DNA of 62,079 nucleotides from Burkholderiales bacterium (GTDB taxonomy: Bacteria; Pseudomonadota; Gammaproteobacteria; Burkholderiales; Eutrophovitaceae): assembly GCA_030834275.1 (NCBI GenBank), contig JAURFP010000004.1:1191-63269 (forward strand), given 5' to 3'. Of this stretch, positions 30,871 to 40,197 are shown piece by piece. The notes beneath the pieces are model-generated. The model was not told the origin of the DNA and made no database searches. It saw only the letters and a program-made list of their open reading frames with translations. Each line of letters starts with the position of its first letter. Position 1 is the stretch's first letter. The position numbers were made by a program, and so were the translations under genes.

Positions 30871-31578
30871 CTAAACTTCAAGCCACTCTTGGCGAACCGT
30901 AGCATTTGCATCGAGCTCCTCGGGAGTGCCATGAAAAACAATGTTACCGTGGCCCATCACATAGACCCGGTTGGAAATTTTTAAGGCGATCGTCAACTTT
31001 TGCTCGACCAGCAATATAGAAATCCCACGACTCGAAATCTCCTCAAAAAGACCAGCCATTTGCTCTACAATTTTTGGCGCTAACCCCTCGGTTGGCTCAT
31101 CGATCATGATCAAATCTGGATCCCCCATCAAAGTACGACAAAGAGTCAGCATTTGTTGTTCGCCACCCGACAGTACACCGGCTGGCGCGTTGACACGCTC
31201 CTCAAGCCTCGGGAATAAGTTGTACATGTCACGCTCAGACCACCGGCTTGATGCTCTTCCACTTTTGATACCCAGTAATAAATTTTGCCTAACCGTTAAA
31301 TCAGGGAAGATTTCTCGATTCTCTGGAACATAACCCAGCCCCCTACGAGATATTTGGTAAGTTGGTAGCGATTCAATTGCCTCCCCCTTAAACTGAATCG
31401 ACCCACTCCGGATAACCTGTCCCATAATTGCCTTGATCATTGTGGAGCGTCCAACCCCATTTCTGCCAAGTAGACTAACAATTTCTCCAGAACCGACACT
31501 GAGGTCCACACCATTCAAGATGTGGCTCTTGTCGTAATAAGCGTGTAGTCCCGAAACCACTAAAATTGGATCAGTCAC
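30871..31578 (-). CDS. livF: HAAT-family ABC ATP-binding protein
   Basis: GRNGVGRS, LSGGEQQ, DEPTEGLAP. Confidence 0.88.
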   Translation of the reverse strand: MTDPILVVSGLHAYYDKSHILNGVDLSVGSGEIVSLLGRNGVGRSTMIKAIMGQVIRSGSIQFKGEAIESLPTYQISRRGLGYVPENREIFPDLTVRQNLLLGIKSGRASSRWSERDMYNLFPRLEERVNAPAGVLSGGEQQMLTLCRTLMGDPDLIMIDEPTEGLAPKIVEQMAGLFEEISSRGISILLVEQKLTIALKISNRVYVMGHGNIVFHGTPEELDANATVRQEWLEV

Positions 31579-32340
31579 TTAATGCACACCTTCTTGCGTA
31601 CCGAGGTACGCATCCTTAACCAATTGATTAGATCTAATTTCACTTGGGCTACCAGTCGCGATAATTTCCCCATAAACTAAAACCGATATCCGGTCGGCCA
31701 AATCAAATACAACCCCCATATCGTGCTCAACCATAAGCAATGTCTTTTGCGTGGTAACTTTGGATATTAGCTCCACAGCCGCGTTTGTTTCCGCGCGACT
31801 CATCCCGGCCGTTGGCTCATCAAGAAGTATCACGTCTGAGCCTGACGCTATCGTGATTCCGATCTCTAGAGCGCGCTGCTCTGCATAAGTCAATTCACCT
31901 GCTAACTTCTCTCCTCGATCTCCCAAACCAATCAGTTCGATGATCTCATCCGCTCGCTCGCGTACACTTCGAATCGTAGATATACGCCTGAACAAGGAAT
32001 ATCGATATCCTAAAGACCAAAGCGTTGCACAACGAATGTTCTCGTAGACACTCATTTTCGGGAATATATTGGTGATCTGAAAACTTCTCGACAATCCAGA
32101 TCTATTAATATTCTGCGGATCTAAATTAGTAATATCCTGACCTTTCAACTCTATCCGGCCTGCTGATAATCCATATCGACCGCTTATCAAATTAAAAAGA
32201 GTGGATTTTCCTGCGCCATTGGGCCCAATAATTGCGTGCCTCTCACCCTCGAAGATATCGAGAGATACCCCATTAATTATGGAGGTGCTACCAAAGCTTT
32301 TACGAACCTCGCTAAGTCTCAAAGAAACGTTTTGGTTCAC
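31579..32340 (-). CDS. livG: HAAT-family ABC ATP-binding protein
   Basis: GPNGAGKS, RSFQITN, DEPTAG, AYLG. Confidence 0.88.
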   Translation of the reverse strand: MNQNVSLRLSEVRKSFGSTSIINGVSLDIFEGERHAIIGPNGAGKSTLFNLISGRYGLSAGRIELKGQDITNLDPQNINRSGLSRSFQITNIFPKMSVYENIRCATLWSLGYRYSLFRRISTIRSVRERADEIIELIGLGDRGEKLAGELTYAEQRALEIGITIASGSDVILLDEPTAGMSRAETNAAVELISKVTTQKTLLMVEHDMGVVFDLADRISVLVYGEIIATGSPSEIRSNQLVKDAYLGTQEGVH

Positions 32341-33560
32341 ACGAAACCTCTCTTCCTGAGCTCAAGGTCGAGAGATGCCCAAACACTCTTCACACGTCTT
32401 TGAGCGAATCTAAAAACAACAAGACCGACAACAATTAATACCAGCGACGAGGACCACGAAACCAACGCACTCATCCCCAGTATCGCGCCGCCTCGATATA
32501 AAATTTCAATCACCGCTATCGTGCCGACGATCAAAGGTGCAGACGCGAGAAAAATAATTAAATAACTCGACGCCAAAGATTTGAATAAACGAGCTTTAAT
32601 GACCGGCGCATGCACCGCCAAGATGTTCGCGATTCCACCAGGGGAGTACAAAATAATTATCAAAAAGAAAAGCCCAAAATAAAGCAACCACGCCTGGGTG
32701 TAAGTCGAAAGCGCTGATTGAAGCAACGTGACTAACACCGCCCCAATTATTGGACCCCAAAAATGATTAATCCCGCCAATGAACGCCATGAGTACTACAT
32801 TTCCCGACGCCATCAAACCAAGCGCCTCCGCGGTTATGATCTCATAGTTGACTGTTGCAAGCGCCCCCGCAACGCCAGCAAAAAATCCCGATAACGTCAT
32901 CATCAGCCAACGCACCCTCACCGGGTTATAGCCAATAAACTTGACCCGCTCTGGGTTATCTCTAACGGCATTCGCAAGCCTCCCAAGCGGAGTTCGAGTA
33001 ATTGCATACATACCCATCATCGATATTAAACACCACCCTGCAATCAGGTAGAAAACTTGGATCTGTGGGCCGTAAGAAATCCCAGCTACTACACCACCGG
33101 CCGTTCGGTTCGTTACGATTCCGCCTTCCCCACCAAAGAATGTGGTAAACATTAGCGCGCTCGCTGCCACCATTTCAGCAATCCCGAGCGAGATCATCGC
33201 GAATGGCGTTCCCGCCCTCCTTGTCGTGACAAACCCCAAAACCAAAGCGAAAAGAAGTCCCGTGATACCTCCCACAATCGGCACAAATGTAATCGGAAAC
33301 CAAAAGGCGCCCTGATCAATAAAATTTACGATATGAGCTGTGACGAAAGCTCCAAGTCCGAAATACACGGCGTGCCCAAAAGATAGCAAGCCGGTTTGAC
33401 CGAGCAGCATGTTGTAGGAAAGTACAAATATGATGGCGATCCCCATCTGGGAGAGCATCGAGAGAGAGAAACCACCGTCGAAAACCATCGGGAGTAGAAC
33501 GAAAGAAAGCGCCACCAATGCCCAAAAGATAATTCTCTTTTTTGAAAACACACGAGCCAT
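32337..33560 (-). CDS. livM: HAAT-family ABC permease
   Basis: GQTGLLSFGHA, AVRDNPER, PGGI. Confidence 0.88.
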   Translation of the reverse strand: MARVFSKKRIIFWALVALSFVLLPMVFDGGFSLSMLSQMGIAIIFVLSYNMLLGQTGLLSFGHAVYFGLGAFVTAHIVNFIDQGAFWFPITFVPIVGGITGLLFALVLGFVTTRRAGTPFAMISLGIAEMVAASALMFTTFFGGEGGIVTNRTAGGVVAGISYGPQIQVFYLIAGWCLISMMGMYAITRTPLGRLANAVRDNPERVKFIGYNPVRVRWLMMTLSGFFAGVAGALATVNYEIITAEALGLMASGNVVLMAFIGGINHFWGPIIGAVLVTLLQSALSTYTQAWLLYFGLFFLIIILYSPGGIANILAVHAPVIKARLFKSLASSYLIIFLASAPLIVGTIAVIEILYRGGAILGMSALVSWSSSLVLIVVGLVVFRFAQRRVKSVWASLDLELRKRGFV

Positions 33561-33561
33561 T

Positions 33562-34509
33562 TTAAGTCTCCCGGTTTCCCATCAGCCCACGCGGTCTAAC
33601 GATTAACATCAATACCATTAGCAAATAAGGCAGTACCGGGGCCGTTTGTGAAATTGTGATCGAGAGGCCAGAGTGCCAGAAGGAATCTTCCGAAATCGAT
33701 AAACCAAAAAGATTAAGAAAATCAAGTAAAGATAAATTAAGCGCAACCGAAAACGTTTGTATCGCACCAATAATCAGCGACGCTATGAAGGCTCCAACAA
33801 GCGATCCCATACCACCAAAAACCACCACGACAAAAACGATAGATCCCACAGCAAATGCCATACCAGGTTCGGTGATGAACATATTTCCACCCAAGACTCC
33901 AGCGAGCCCCGCCAACGCACAACCCCCAGCAAATACGAACATGAATACGCGCGGCACATTGTGGCCAAGTGCCTCAACCATACTCGGATGAGTCAGAGAC
34001 GCTTGCACGATGAGTCCCACACGGGTTCGAGTCAGCAAGAGATAGAGCGTGATGAGCATCACCACAGACACCAGCATCATAAACGCACGGTACGCGGGGT
34101 ACTGTGTTGTGAAAAGCGTAAATAATGTGAAGTCAAGTCTCTCCGGGATACGATAATTCACCGGCGCTCGTCCCCATACCAAGTGAACGACTTCCTCGAT
34201 AACGTAAGCTAATCCAAAGGTAAAAAGTAGTTCTGCAACATGTCCAAATCGGTGGACTGCACGCAAACCGAAACGCTCGGTGAACGCACCAATTACACCC
34301 ACAACTAGAGGAGCTAAGAACAAAGCAATCCAAAAACCAGTGTAAGCGCCGATCTGATAAGCAAAGTAAGCGCCGAGCATATAGAAGCTCGCATGCGCAA
34401 AATTCAAAACCCCCATCATGCTGAATATCAGAGTCAATCCTGATGACAACATGAAGAGTAACAATCCGTAGGACAGACTGTTTAAAAGCGTGACAAGAAA
34501 GAACTCCAA
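33562..34509 (-). CDS. livH: HAAT-family ABC permease
   Basis: SSGLTLIFSMMGVLNFAH, GGMGS, RPRGL; TTG start with GGAG RBS. Confidence 0.88.
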   Translation of the reverse strand: MEFFLVTLLNSLSYGLLLFMLSSGLTLIFSMMGVLNFAHASFYMLGAYFAYQIGAYTGFWIALFLAPLVVGVIGAFTERFGLRAVHRFGHVAELLFTFGLAYVIEEVVHLVWGRAPVNYRIPERLDFTLFTLFTTQYPAYRAFMMLVSVVMLITLYLLLTRTRVGLIVQASLTHPSMVEALGHNVPRVFMFVFAGGCALAGLAGVLGGNMFITEPGMAFAVGSIVFVVVVFGGMGSLVGAFIASLIIGAIQTFSVALNLSLLDFLNLFGLSISEDSFWHSGLSITISQTAPVLPYLLMVLMLIVRPRGLMGNRET

Positions 34510-34576
34510 GATATCTCCGTTGATTAAAAACTAAACTTATCCCAGAGCATATCAAGAGTCAGGGAATAAAGTTCAC

Positions 34577-34597
34577 AGCATGCATGCGCAGCATGCT
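34577..34597. promoter_or_regulatory. Candidate operator palindrome in the divergent livH / CoA-ligase intergenic region
   Basis: AGCATGC-ATGCGCA-GCATGCT, a perfect 7-bp inverted repeat. Confidence 0.4.
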
Positions 34598-34701
34598 TCA
34601 TTATAAACACACTCTCTCAATTCCGAGGGGCTGGAATATTTCGTGCCATAATGATCTGGAAACAATCAGACCTCTTTAACAAACCTCAAAAGGAATCGTG
34701 A

Positions 34702-36339
34702 ATGATGTTCGGCCAGATGATGGAGTTTCCCCTTCTCATTTCTACGATGCTGACCCACGCGGAGAGATATACCGGTGAAGCGGAAATAGTCAGCCGGATG
34801 GTAGATGGGAGCCTACATCGATACACCTATCGTGATGCGCACAAAAGAACGAAGCAACTCGCAAATGCATTAGTTAAGCTGGGCGTGAATCAGGGCGATC
34901 GAATAGGAACTCTTGCTTGGAATACGCACCGCCATTTTGAGGCCTATTTCGGAATAGCGGGGATAGGCGCTATCAGTCATACGGTTAATCCAAGACTATT
35001 CCCAGAGCAAATTTCCTACATTATCAACCACGCTAGTGACCGATTTTTATTTGTAGATGAAACATTTGTACCCACTCTTGAGGCTATTGGTGATCAATTG
35101 ACATCCGTCGAGAAAATTTTCGTGTTAACAGCGAATGAAAATTTCTCCACAAAATTAAAAAATTGGGAGCCTTACGAATCTCTAATCAAAAATGAAAGTA
35201 CTGAATTTGAATGGCCTCAGTTTGACGAGCGTAGTGCATCTTCGCTGTGCTACACATCCGGAACAACTGGCAACCCGAAAGGGGTGCTCTACAGTCACCG
35301 ATCGACACTTCTACATGCGTACACAGCAGCAATGCCAGATGGTTTGGGCGTTTCTAATCGAGATGTCGTTCTGCCAGTCGTGCCGATGTTCCATGTAAAT
35401 GCTTGGGGGCTACCGTATATTTGCTCCATGATGGGAGCGAAAATAGTATTTCCTGGGCCATTTATGGATGGCGCAAGTATTTGCCAACTCATCAATGATG
35501 AGAAGGCTACGCTCTCAGCTGGCGTGCCAACAATATGGTCTGGGGTACTGAATTATCTGGATGAGAAAAAATTATCGATACCCTCTTTGAAGCGCGTAGT
35601 GATAGGTGGCTCTGCCTGCCCTGAGGCAATGATTCGAACGTTTCTTAAAAAACATCAAGTAGATGTTGTCCAGGGTTGGGGGATGACTGAGCTGAGCCCA
35701 TTGGGGACGATGAATACGCTCAAAGCAAATCAGACCTCCCTCACCGATGATGAGAAAATCAAATTAAAAGCCAAACAAGGGAGAGTGCTTTTTGGGATCG
35801 ATATGAAAATTATCGACGAAACTGGAGACGAGCTTCCGTGGGATGGAAAAGCGTTTGGAGACCTTTTGGTTCGCGGCCCCAATGTACTAAGCAACTACTT
35901 TCAAAATGAAGATCCAATCTTAATCAAGGATAAAAATAATCAGGAATGGTTTGCGACTGGAGATGTTGCAACCATTGATCCTGACGGGTTTATGCATATC
36001 ACCGATAGATCAAAAGATGTCATTAAATCTGGCGGAGAATGGATTAGCTCGATTGAGCTCGAAAACACAGCGGTCGCGCACCCGGACGTATTAGAGGCAG
36101 CCGTAATAGCTGCATACCACCCAAAGTGGGAAGAACGACCTTTGTTGATTGTGGTTAAGAAATCTGGCACGAACCTTCAAAAGGATGAACTTCTCAACTT
36201 TTTTGATGGCAAGGTCGCAAAATGGTGGATGCCAGATGATGTCGTTTTTATCGACGAAATTCCTCACACCGCCACGGGAAAAATTCTCAAAACAAAACTG
36301 AGAGAGGACTTTCGAGATTACAAACTACCCGAAAAGTAG
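34702..36339 (+). CDS. Medium-chain acyl-CoA synthetase (AlkK/DmdB-like)
   Basis: YTSGTTGNPKG, VVPMFHVNAWG, GWGMTE, DRSKDVIKSGGEWISS. Confidence 0.9.
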   Translation: MMFGQMMEFPLLISTMLTHAERYTGEAEIVSRMVDGSLHRYTYRDAHKRTKQLANALVKLGVNQGDRIGTLAWNTHRHFEAYFGIAGIGAISHTVNPRLFPEQISYIINHASDRFLFVDETFVPTLEAIGDQLTSVEKIFVLTANENFSTKLKNWEPYESLIKNESTEFEWPQFDERSASSLCYTSGTTGNPKGVLYSHRSTLLHAYTAAMPDGLGVSNRDVVLPVVPMFHVNAWGLPYICSMMGAKIVFPGPFMDGASICQLINDEKATLSAGVPTIWSGVLNYLDEKKLSIPSLKRVVIGGSACPEAMIRTFLKKHQVDVVQGWGMTELSPLGTMNTLKANQTSLTDDEKIKLKAKQGRVLFGIDMKIIDETGDELPWDGKAFGDLLVRGPNVLSNYFQNEDPILIKDKNNQEWFATGDVATIDPDGFMHITDRSKDVIKSGGEWISSIELENTAVAHPDVLEAAVIAAYHPKWEERPLLIVVKKSGTNLQKDELLNFFDGKVAKWWMPDDVVFIDEIPHTATGKILKTKLREDFRDYKLPEK

Positions 36340-36345
36340 AATCGA

Positions 36346-37308
36346 TTAGTAACCCCGTTCCCTATCTACAACTCCATTAGGAGATTGCCTGGACTCGATC
36401 AGACAGATATTCGAGATAATTTGATCAGAAGCCTCTTCCGCAAGGGTAACCCCTGAGATATGAGGGGTAATCAAAACGCTTTCTCTTTTCCAAAATGAAC
36501 TTTTAGGTGAGAGCGGTTCACTCGCAAAAACATCAAGCATCGCCCCCGCTAACCGTCCGGAGTCAATTGCTTTTTCTAGATCCGACTCAATAACGTGTCC
36601 CCCGCGACCAAGATTTATAAAGTAGCTACCTGGCCGCATCCTGCTGAAGAATCGCTCGTCGCAGAGTCCCCGCGTTTCGGCCGTGAGTGGTAATACATTT
36701 ATAACCAACTGCGAGGATGCAAGAAAATCATCAAGTTCAGTCATACCAACATAGACTTCTGTATCAACATTGGACTTCGAGGAATTCGCCCAGCCAATCA
36801 CAGGAAAACCGAGATTCTCCAGGTCAGTTGCTATGACACGTCCAATCGTACCGAACCCAAGCACACCGACCGTAAAACTATTAGCGAGAGTAACCGGTAG
36901 TGGCGACCATTTTTCTTGTGCCTGCAATCTCCTGTATTCAAAAAACTGTCGTTGAAAATGCAGCACTCCGTAAATCGCGTAATGCGACATTTGCCTTGCA
37001 AGGCCGGCATCCAACAGTCTAACAATTGGAATGTCCGCTGGAATAGAATTATCGGCGAGTAACGAGTCCACTCCAGCTCCAAGCGAAAATATTGCTTTGA
37101 TATTGACGAGGGATTTAAAACAATCTCGAGGGGGATTCCATACGACTGCGTATTCGACGTCTGAGGGATCTTTAATTTCTGGCCAACACTCGACCCGAAA
37201 CTGCGGAAGCCCTCTCTCTAATAGGCCTCTCCACTTTCTAGGATCATCAAACTCACTAAAAAAGAGTATCGACTTCCTCAAATGCTCCCCCGCAATAGGT
37301 TCAGTCAA
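36346..37308 (-). CDS. ghrA: D-2-hydroxyacid dehydrogenase, glyoxylate/hydroxypyruvate reductase A type
   Basis: SLGAGVD, GFGTIG, NLGRG, DVF..EPL, TPHISG; start uncertain (37308 or 37281, both TTG). Confidence 0.82.
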   Translation of the reverse strand: MTEPIAGEHLRKSILFFSEFDDPRKWRGLLERGLPQFRVECWPEIKDPSDVEYAVVWNPPRDCFKSLVNIKAIFSLGAGVDSLLADNSIPADIPIVRLLDAGLARQMSHYAIYGVLHFQRQFFEYRRLQAQEKWSPLPVTLANSFTVGVLGFGTIGRVIATDLENLGFPVIGWANSSKSNVDTEVYVGMTELDDFLASSQLVINVLPLTAETRGLCDERFFSRMRPGSYFINLGRGGHVIESDLEKAIDSGRLAGAMLDVFASEPLSPKSSFWKRESVLITPHISGVTLAEEASDQIISNICLIESRQSPNGVVDRERGY

Positions 37309-38134
37309 TATTAATTTCCAAATTATCGATTAGACGTGTCGCCCCAAGCTTCGCAGCACCCAATACCACTAATTTTTTCTCATCGAGACTAGGCCTTGCC
37401 AACCCTTTCTGCGCCCTAATCACTACATAGTCGACATTCCAACCATGCCGCGCCAGGAGTGAGCCTGCAAGATACTCCATCGCGACATATTTTCTATCGC
37501 CGCCCCGGATAGCCTCCTCAATTTGTAACATAGCCTGTCTGAGTCTTGGAGCCTCAGCTCGTTCCGACTCAGATAAATATCGATTCCTAGAAGACAACGC
37601 AAGTCCGTCATCCGCACGCACTGTCTCAGCCGGTATGATCTCAATCGGAAAACTTAGCTGCGCCGTCAATTCCCGAATAATTGCTAATTGTTGATAATCT
37701 TTTTTTCCAAAGACAGCCATTTGTGGCTGAACAGCATTGAAAAGTTTCGTAACAACAGTACAGACACCCCGGAAATGTCCAGGGCGGAAGCGACCCTCGA
37801 GTCTATTCGCAATCTTGGGTGGATCAATGAAAAACGTCTGAGGCTCAGGGTACATTTGAGTTTCATCTGGACAGAACACGATGTCGTTCCCCAAAGCTTT
37901 CAACTTTTCGCAATCATCTTCGAAGGTTCTGGGGTATTTTTCGAAATCCTCGCCTTGTCCGAATTGCAGTCTATTCACGAAGATCGTCGTGACTACAAGT
38001 GGCGCGCGCTCCTTTCCAATCTTAACCAAACTCAAGTGACCATCATGAATATTACCCATCGTCGGTACACAACAGATTTGAGACTCGCCACCAAGGCGAG
38101 CTCTCAATTCTTTTAAGTTACGCACGACTTGCAT
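37301..38134 (-). CDS. panC: Pantoate--beta-alanine ligase
   Basis: VPTMGNIHDGH, RPGHF, FGKKDYQQ, SSRN, RLIDN. Confidence 0.97.
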   Translation of the reverse strand: MQVVRNLKELRARLGGESQICCVPTMGNIHDGHLSLVKIGKERAPLVVTTIFVNRLQFGQGEDFEKYPRTFEDDCEKLKALGNDIVFCPDETQMYPEPQTFFIDPPKIANRLEGRFRPGHFRGVCTVVTKLFNAVQPQMAVFGKKDYQQLAIIRELTAQLSFPIEIIPAETVRADDGLALSSRNRYLSESERAEAPRLRQAMLQIEEAIRGGDRKYVAMEYLAGSLLARHGWNVDYVVIRAQKGLARPSLDEKKLVVLGAAKLGATRLIDNLEINID

Positions 38135-38149
38135 GTCAGATTTAATCTC

Positions 38150-38944
38150 TTAAAAACAGTGCTCGGGAGCAGGAAAGGCGCCGCTTTTCACTTCCTCGAC
38201 GTACTTCTTAACGGCCTCAATAATGCTAGGAGAACCATTCATGAAGTTTTTAACAAACTTTGGTTTCCTTCCTTGATAGATATCAAGCATATCGTATAGG
38301 TTTAAGATTTGTCCGCTACAGTCTGGACCAGCTCCAATGCCAATCGTAGGAATAGTAAGGGACTCTGTTACCCTTCTGCCCACTTCATTCGGAACCAGCT
38401 CAAGAACGAGAAGCGATGCGCCTGCAGCTTCGAGAGCTTTTGCAGACCGCACCAAAGACTCGGCCGCATCTTCTGTTTTTCCCTGAACTTTAAAACCACC
38501 CAAGGCGTGTACAGACTGTGGAGTAAGCCCAATATGCCCGCAAACTGGGATACCTCTATCGACGATAAACTTGACCGTCTCCGCCATTATTTCTCCACCT
38601 TCAAGCTTCACCATGTGCGCTCCAGCAGCCATGAGCTCAGCGGCATTGTCAAAGGCTTGCTCGGGACTGCGCTGGTAACTTCCGAAAGGTAGATCTCCCA
38701 AGATGAGCGCACGATTCGCTCCTTTTGCAGCACAGCGAGTGTGATAAACCATATCCTCCATCGTTACGCCCAACGTCGAATCATCTCCTTGGATAACCAT
38801 CCCTAATGAATCTCCGATAAGAAAAATGTCTACACCTGCCGCATCCAACATGCCGCCGAAACTTGCATCAGTACAGGTTAGCATTGTGATTCGATCCCCC
38901 TCGGATCTCATTTTTTGAAGGGTTGAGGTCGTTACTCTGGCCAT
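38150..38944 (-). CDS. panB: 3-methyl-2-oxobutanoate hydroxymethyltransferase
   Basis: [26 protein letters not shown]. Confidence 0.97.
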   Translation of the reverse strand: MARVTTSTLQKMRSEGDRITMLTCTDASFGGMLDAAGVDIFLIGDSLGMVIQGDDSTLGVTMEDMVYHTRCAAKGANRALILGDLPFGSYQRSPEQAFDNAAELMAAGAHMVKLEGGEIMAETVKFIVDRGIPVCGHIGLTPQSVHALGGFKVQGKTEDAAESLVRSAKALEAAGASLLVLELVPNEVGRRVTESLTIPTIGIGAGPDCSGQILNLYDMLDIYQGRKPKFVKNFMNGSPSIIEAVKKYVEEVKSGAFPAPEHCF

Positions 38945-39072
38945 ACTTACTCCTTATATAAAAAATCCAACTCTCGACGGTTTATCTCGAGTCGATTACG
39001 GTCACTGTTCGGCCCAATGGTTAAGGACCTTAGTACCCTAGTTTGGTCTGTTTAATTTTTTGTTAACGATTA
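38945..39072 (-). promoter_or_regulatory. Structured leader upstream of panB (possible cis-regulatory RNA or attenuator)
   Basis: Alternative hairpins at 39026-39048 and 39011-39029, plus an imperfect stem at 38964-38997 followed by a U-run just before the AAGGAG RBS. Confidence 0.35.
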
Positions 39073-39681
39073 TTAAGATTTTCTAATACGCTCGATCACC
39101 AGCTCAAGATCTGATTCGCAATTCGCTAAATTCAACCGATCCGTATTGATTCGAACTACGGGGGACGAATTATACTCTTCAAAGAAACTTTGGTAGCGCG
39201 CCGCCAACCGAAAAACATAGCCATCGGTCATCGAAACCTCAAAATCAGCCCCGCGATTATTTATTCGTTTCGAAAGACTTGTATCAGATCCCTCGAGATA
39301 GATAACCAAATCAGGCGAAGGCGCTTGACCGATCAGCATCGAGCGCAGTTCCAGATAAAGATCTCTCTCACGAGCATCAAGATTAAGGTCAGAAAAAATA
39401 ATATCTTTAAAAAAACCAAAATCCGAAATTACCCCAGTAGCCTCTTGTCCTCTTTTTAAGAGAAACGCCAAATGCTTACTTCTTTCCAGGAGAAACGCTA
39501 ACTGCACCTTCAAACGATAACCCTTCGGATCTGAATAAAAATCTTTTAAAAAGATGTTCTTTTCTGGCTCCTCAAGTAAAACTTGAAATTGAAGCCTTTC
39601 AGCCAGTTTTTTGACGAACGTAGTCTTGCCAACCCCTATGGGCCCCTCAACGCAAATGTATTTTAGGCTCTCGAGATTCAT
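39073..39681 (-). CDS. Deoxynucleoside kinase
   Basis: VEGPIGVGKT P-loop, PDLVIYL, RINNRG; usual position between folK and panB. Confidence 0.9.
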   Translation of the reverse strand: MNLESLKYICVEGPIGVGKTTFVKKLAERLQFQVLLEEPEKNIFLKDFYSDPKGYRLKVQLAFLLERSKHLAFLLKRGQEATGVISDFGFFKDIIFSDLNLDARERDLYLELRSMLIGQAPSPDLVIYLEGSDTSLSKRINNRGADFEVSMTDGYVFRLAARYQSFFEEYNSSPVVRINTDRLNLANCESDLELVIERIRKS

Positions 39682-39699
39682 TCTTGCAAACCCTTATCC

Positions 39700-40197
39700 T
39701 CAATAACGGATGAAATCCGATCTCTCGATTCGTTGACCCAAAACTCTCGGAAGCAAATCTGCGATTCGAACCCCACTCGGGAGCACGAAGTTTGGCGCGA
39801 TTTCTTGCAATGGTACCAACACGAACGCTCGATCCAACATCCTAGGATGCGGGATAGTTACATCGGCGGTTTTGCAAAAAAGTCCCCCATACAATAATAA
39901 ATCTAGGTCAATAATTCTCGGCCCATTTAAGAACGAGCGTATCCGGCCAAACTCCTGCTCGATGTCATGCAGTTCATCGAGTAAACGAAAAGCGCCGATC
40001 GAACACTTTGCGCTGCAAACGATATTTACGAAATCATCTTGATCCTCAAAACCCACTGGTGCCGTTTTGTAAAAGGAGGAGACCTCTCCGAGCAACACTC
40101 CCGGTATCTTTTCAATTTTTTTTAGGGCCTCACAAATTTTGCCAGTAGGATCACCTAGGTTCGCACCAAGACCAACGTAAGCAGTGACTGCTTTCAT
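39700..40197 (-). CDS. folK: 2-amino-4-hydroxy-6-hydroxymethyldihydropteridine diphosphokinase
   Basis: GLGANLGD, GPRIIDLDLL, PHPRM..RAFVL. Confidence 0.95.
   Translation of the reverse strand: MKAVTAYVGLGANLGDPTGKICEALKKIEKIPGVLLGEVSSFYKTAPVGFEDQDDFVNIVCSAKCSIGAFRLLDELHDIEQEFGRIRSFLNGPRIIDLDLLLYGGLFCKTADVTIPHPRMLDRAFVLVPLQEIAPNFVLPSGVRIADLLPRVLGQRIERSDFIRY

Noticed and set aside
38860-38885. PanB reads LTCTDA instead of the usual LT[AC]YD
   Set aside because: A single substitution with all other motifs intact; not enough to claim altered function
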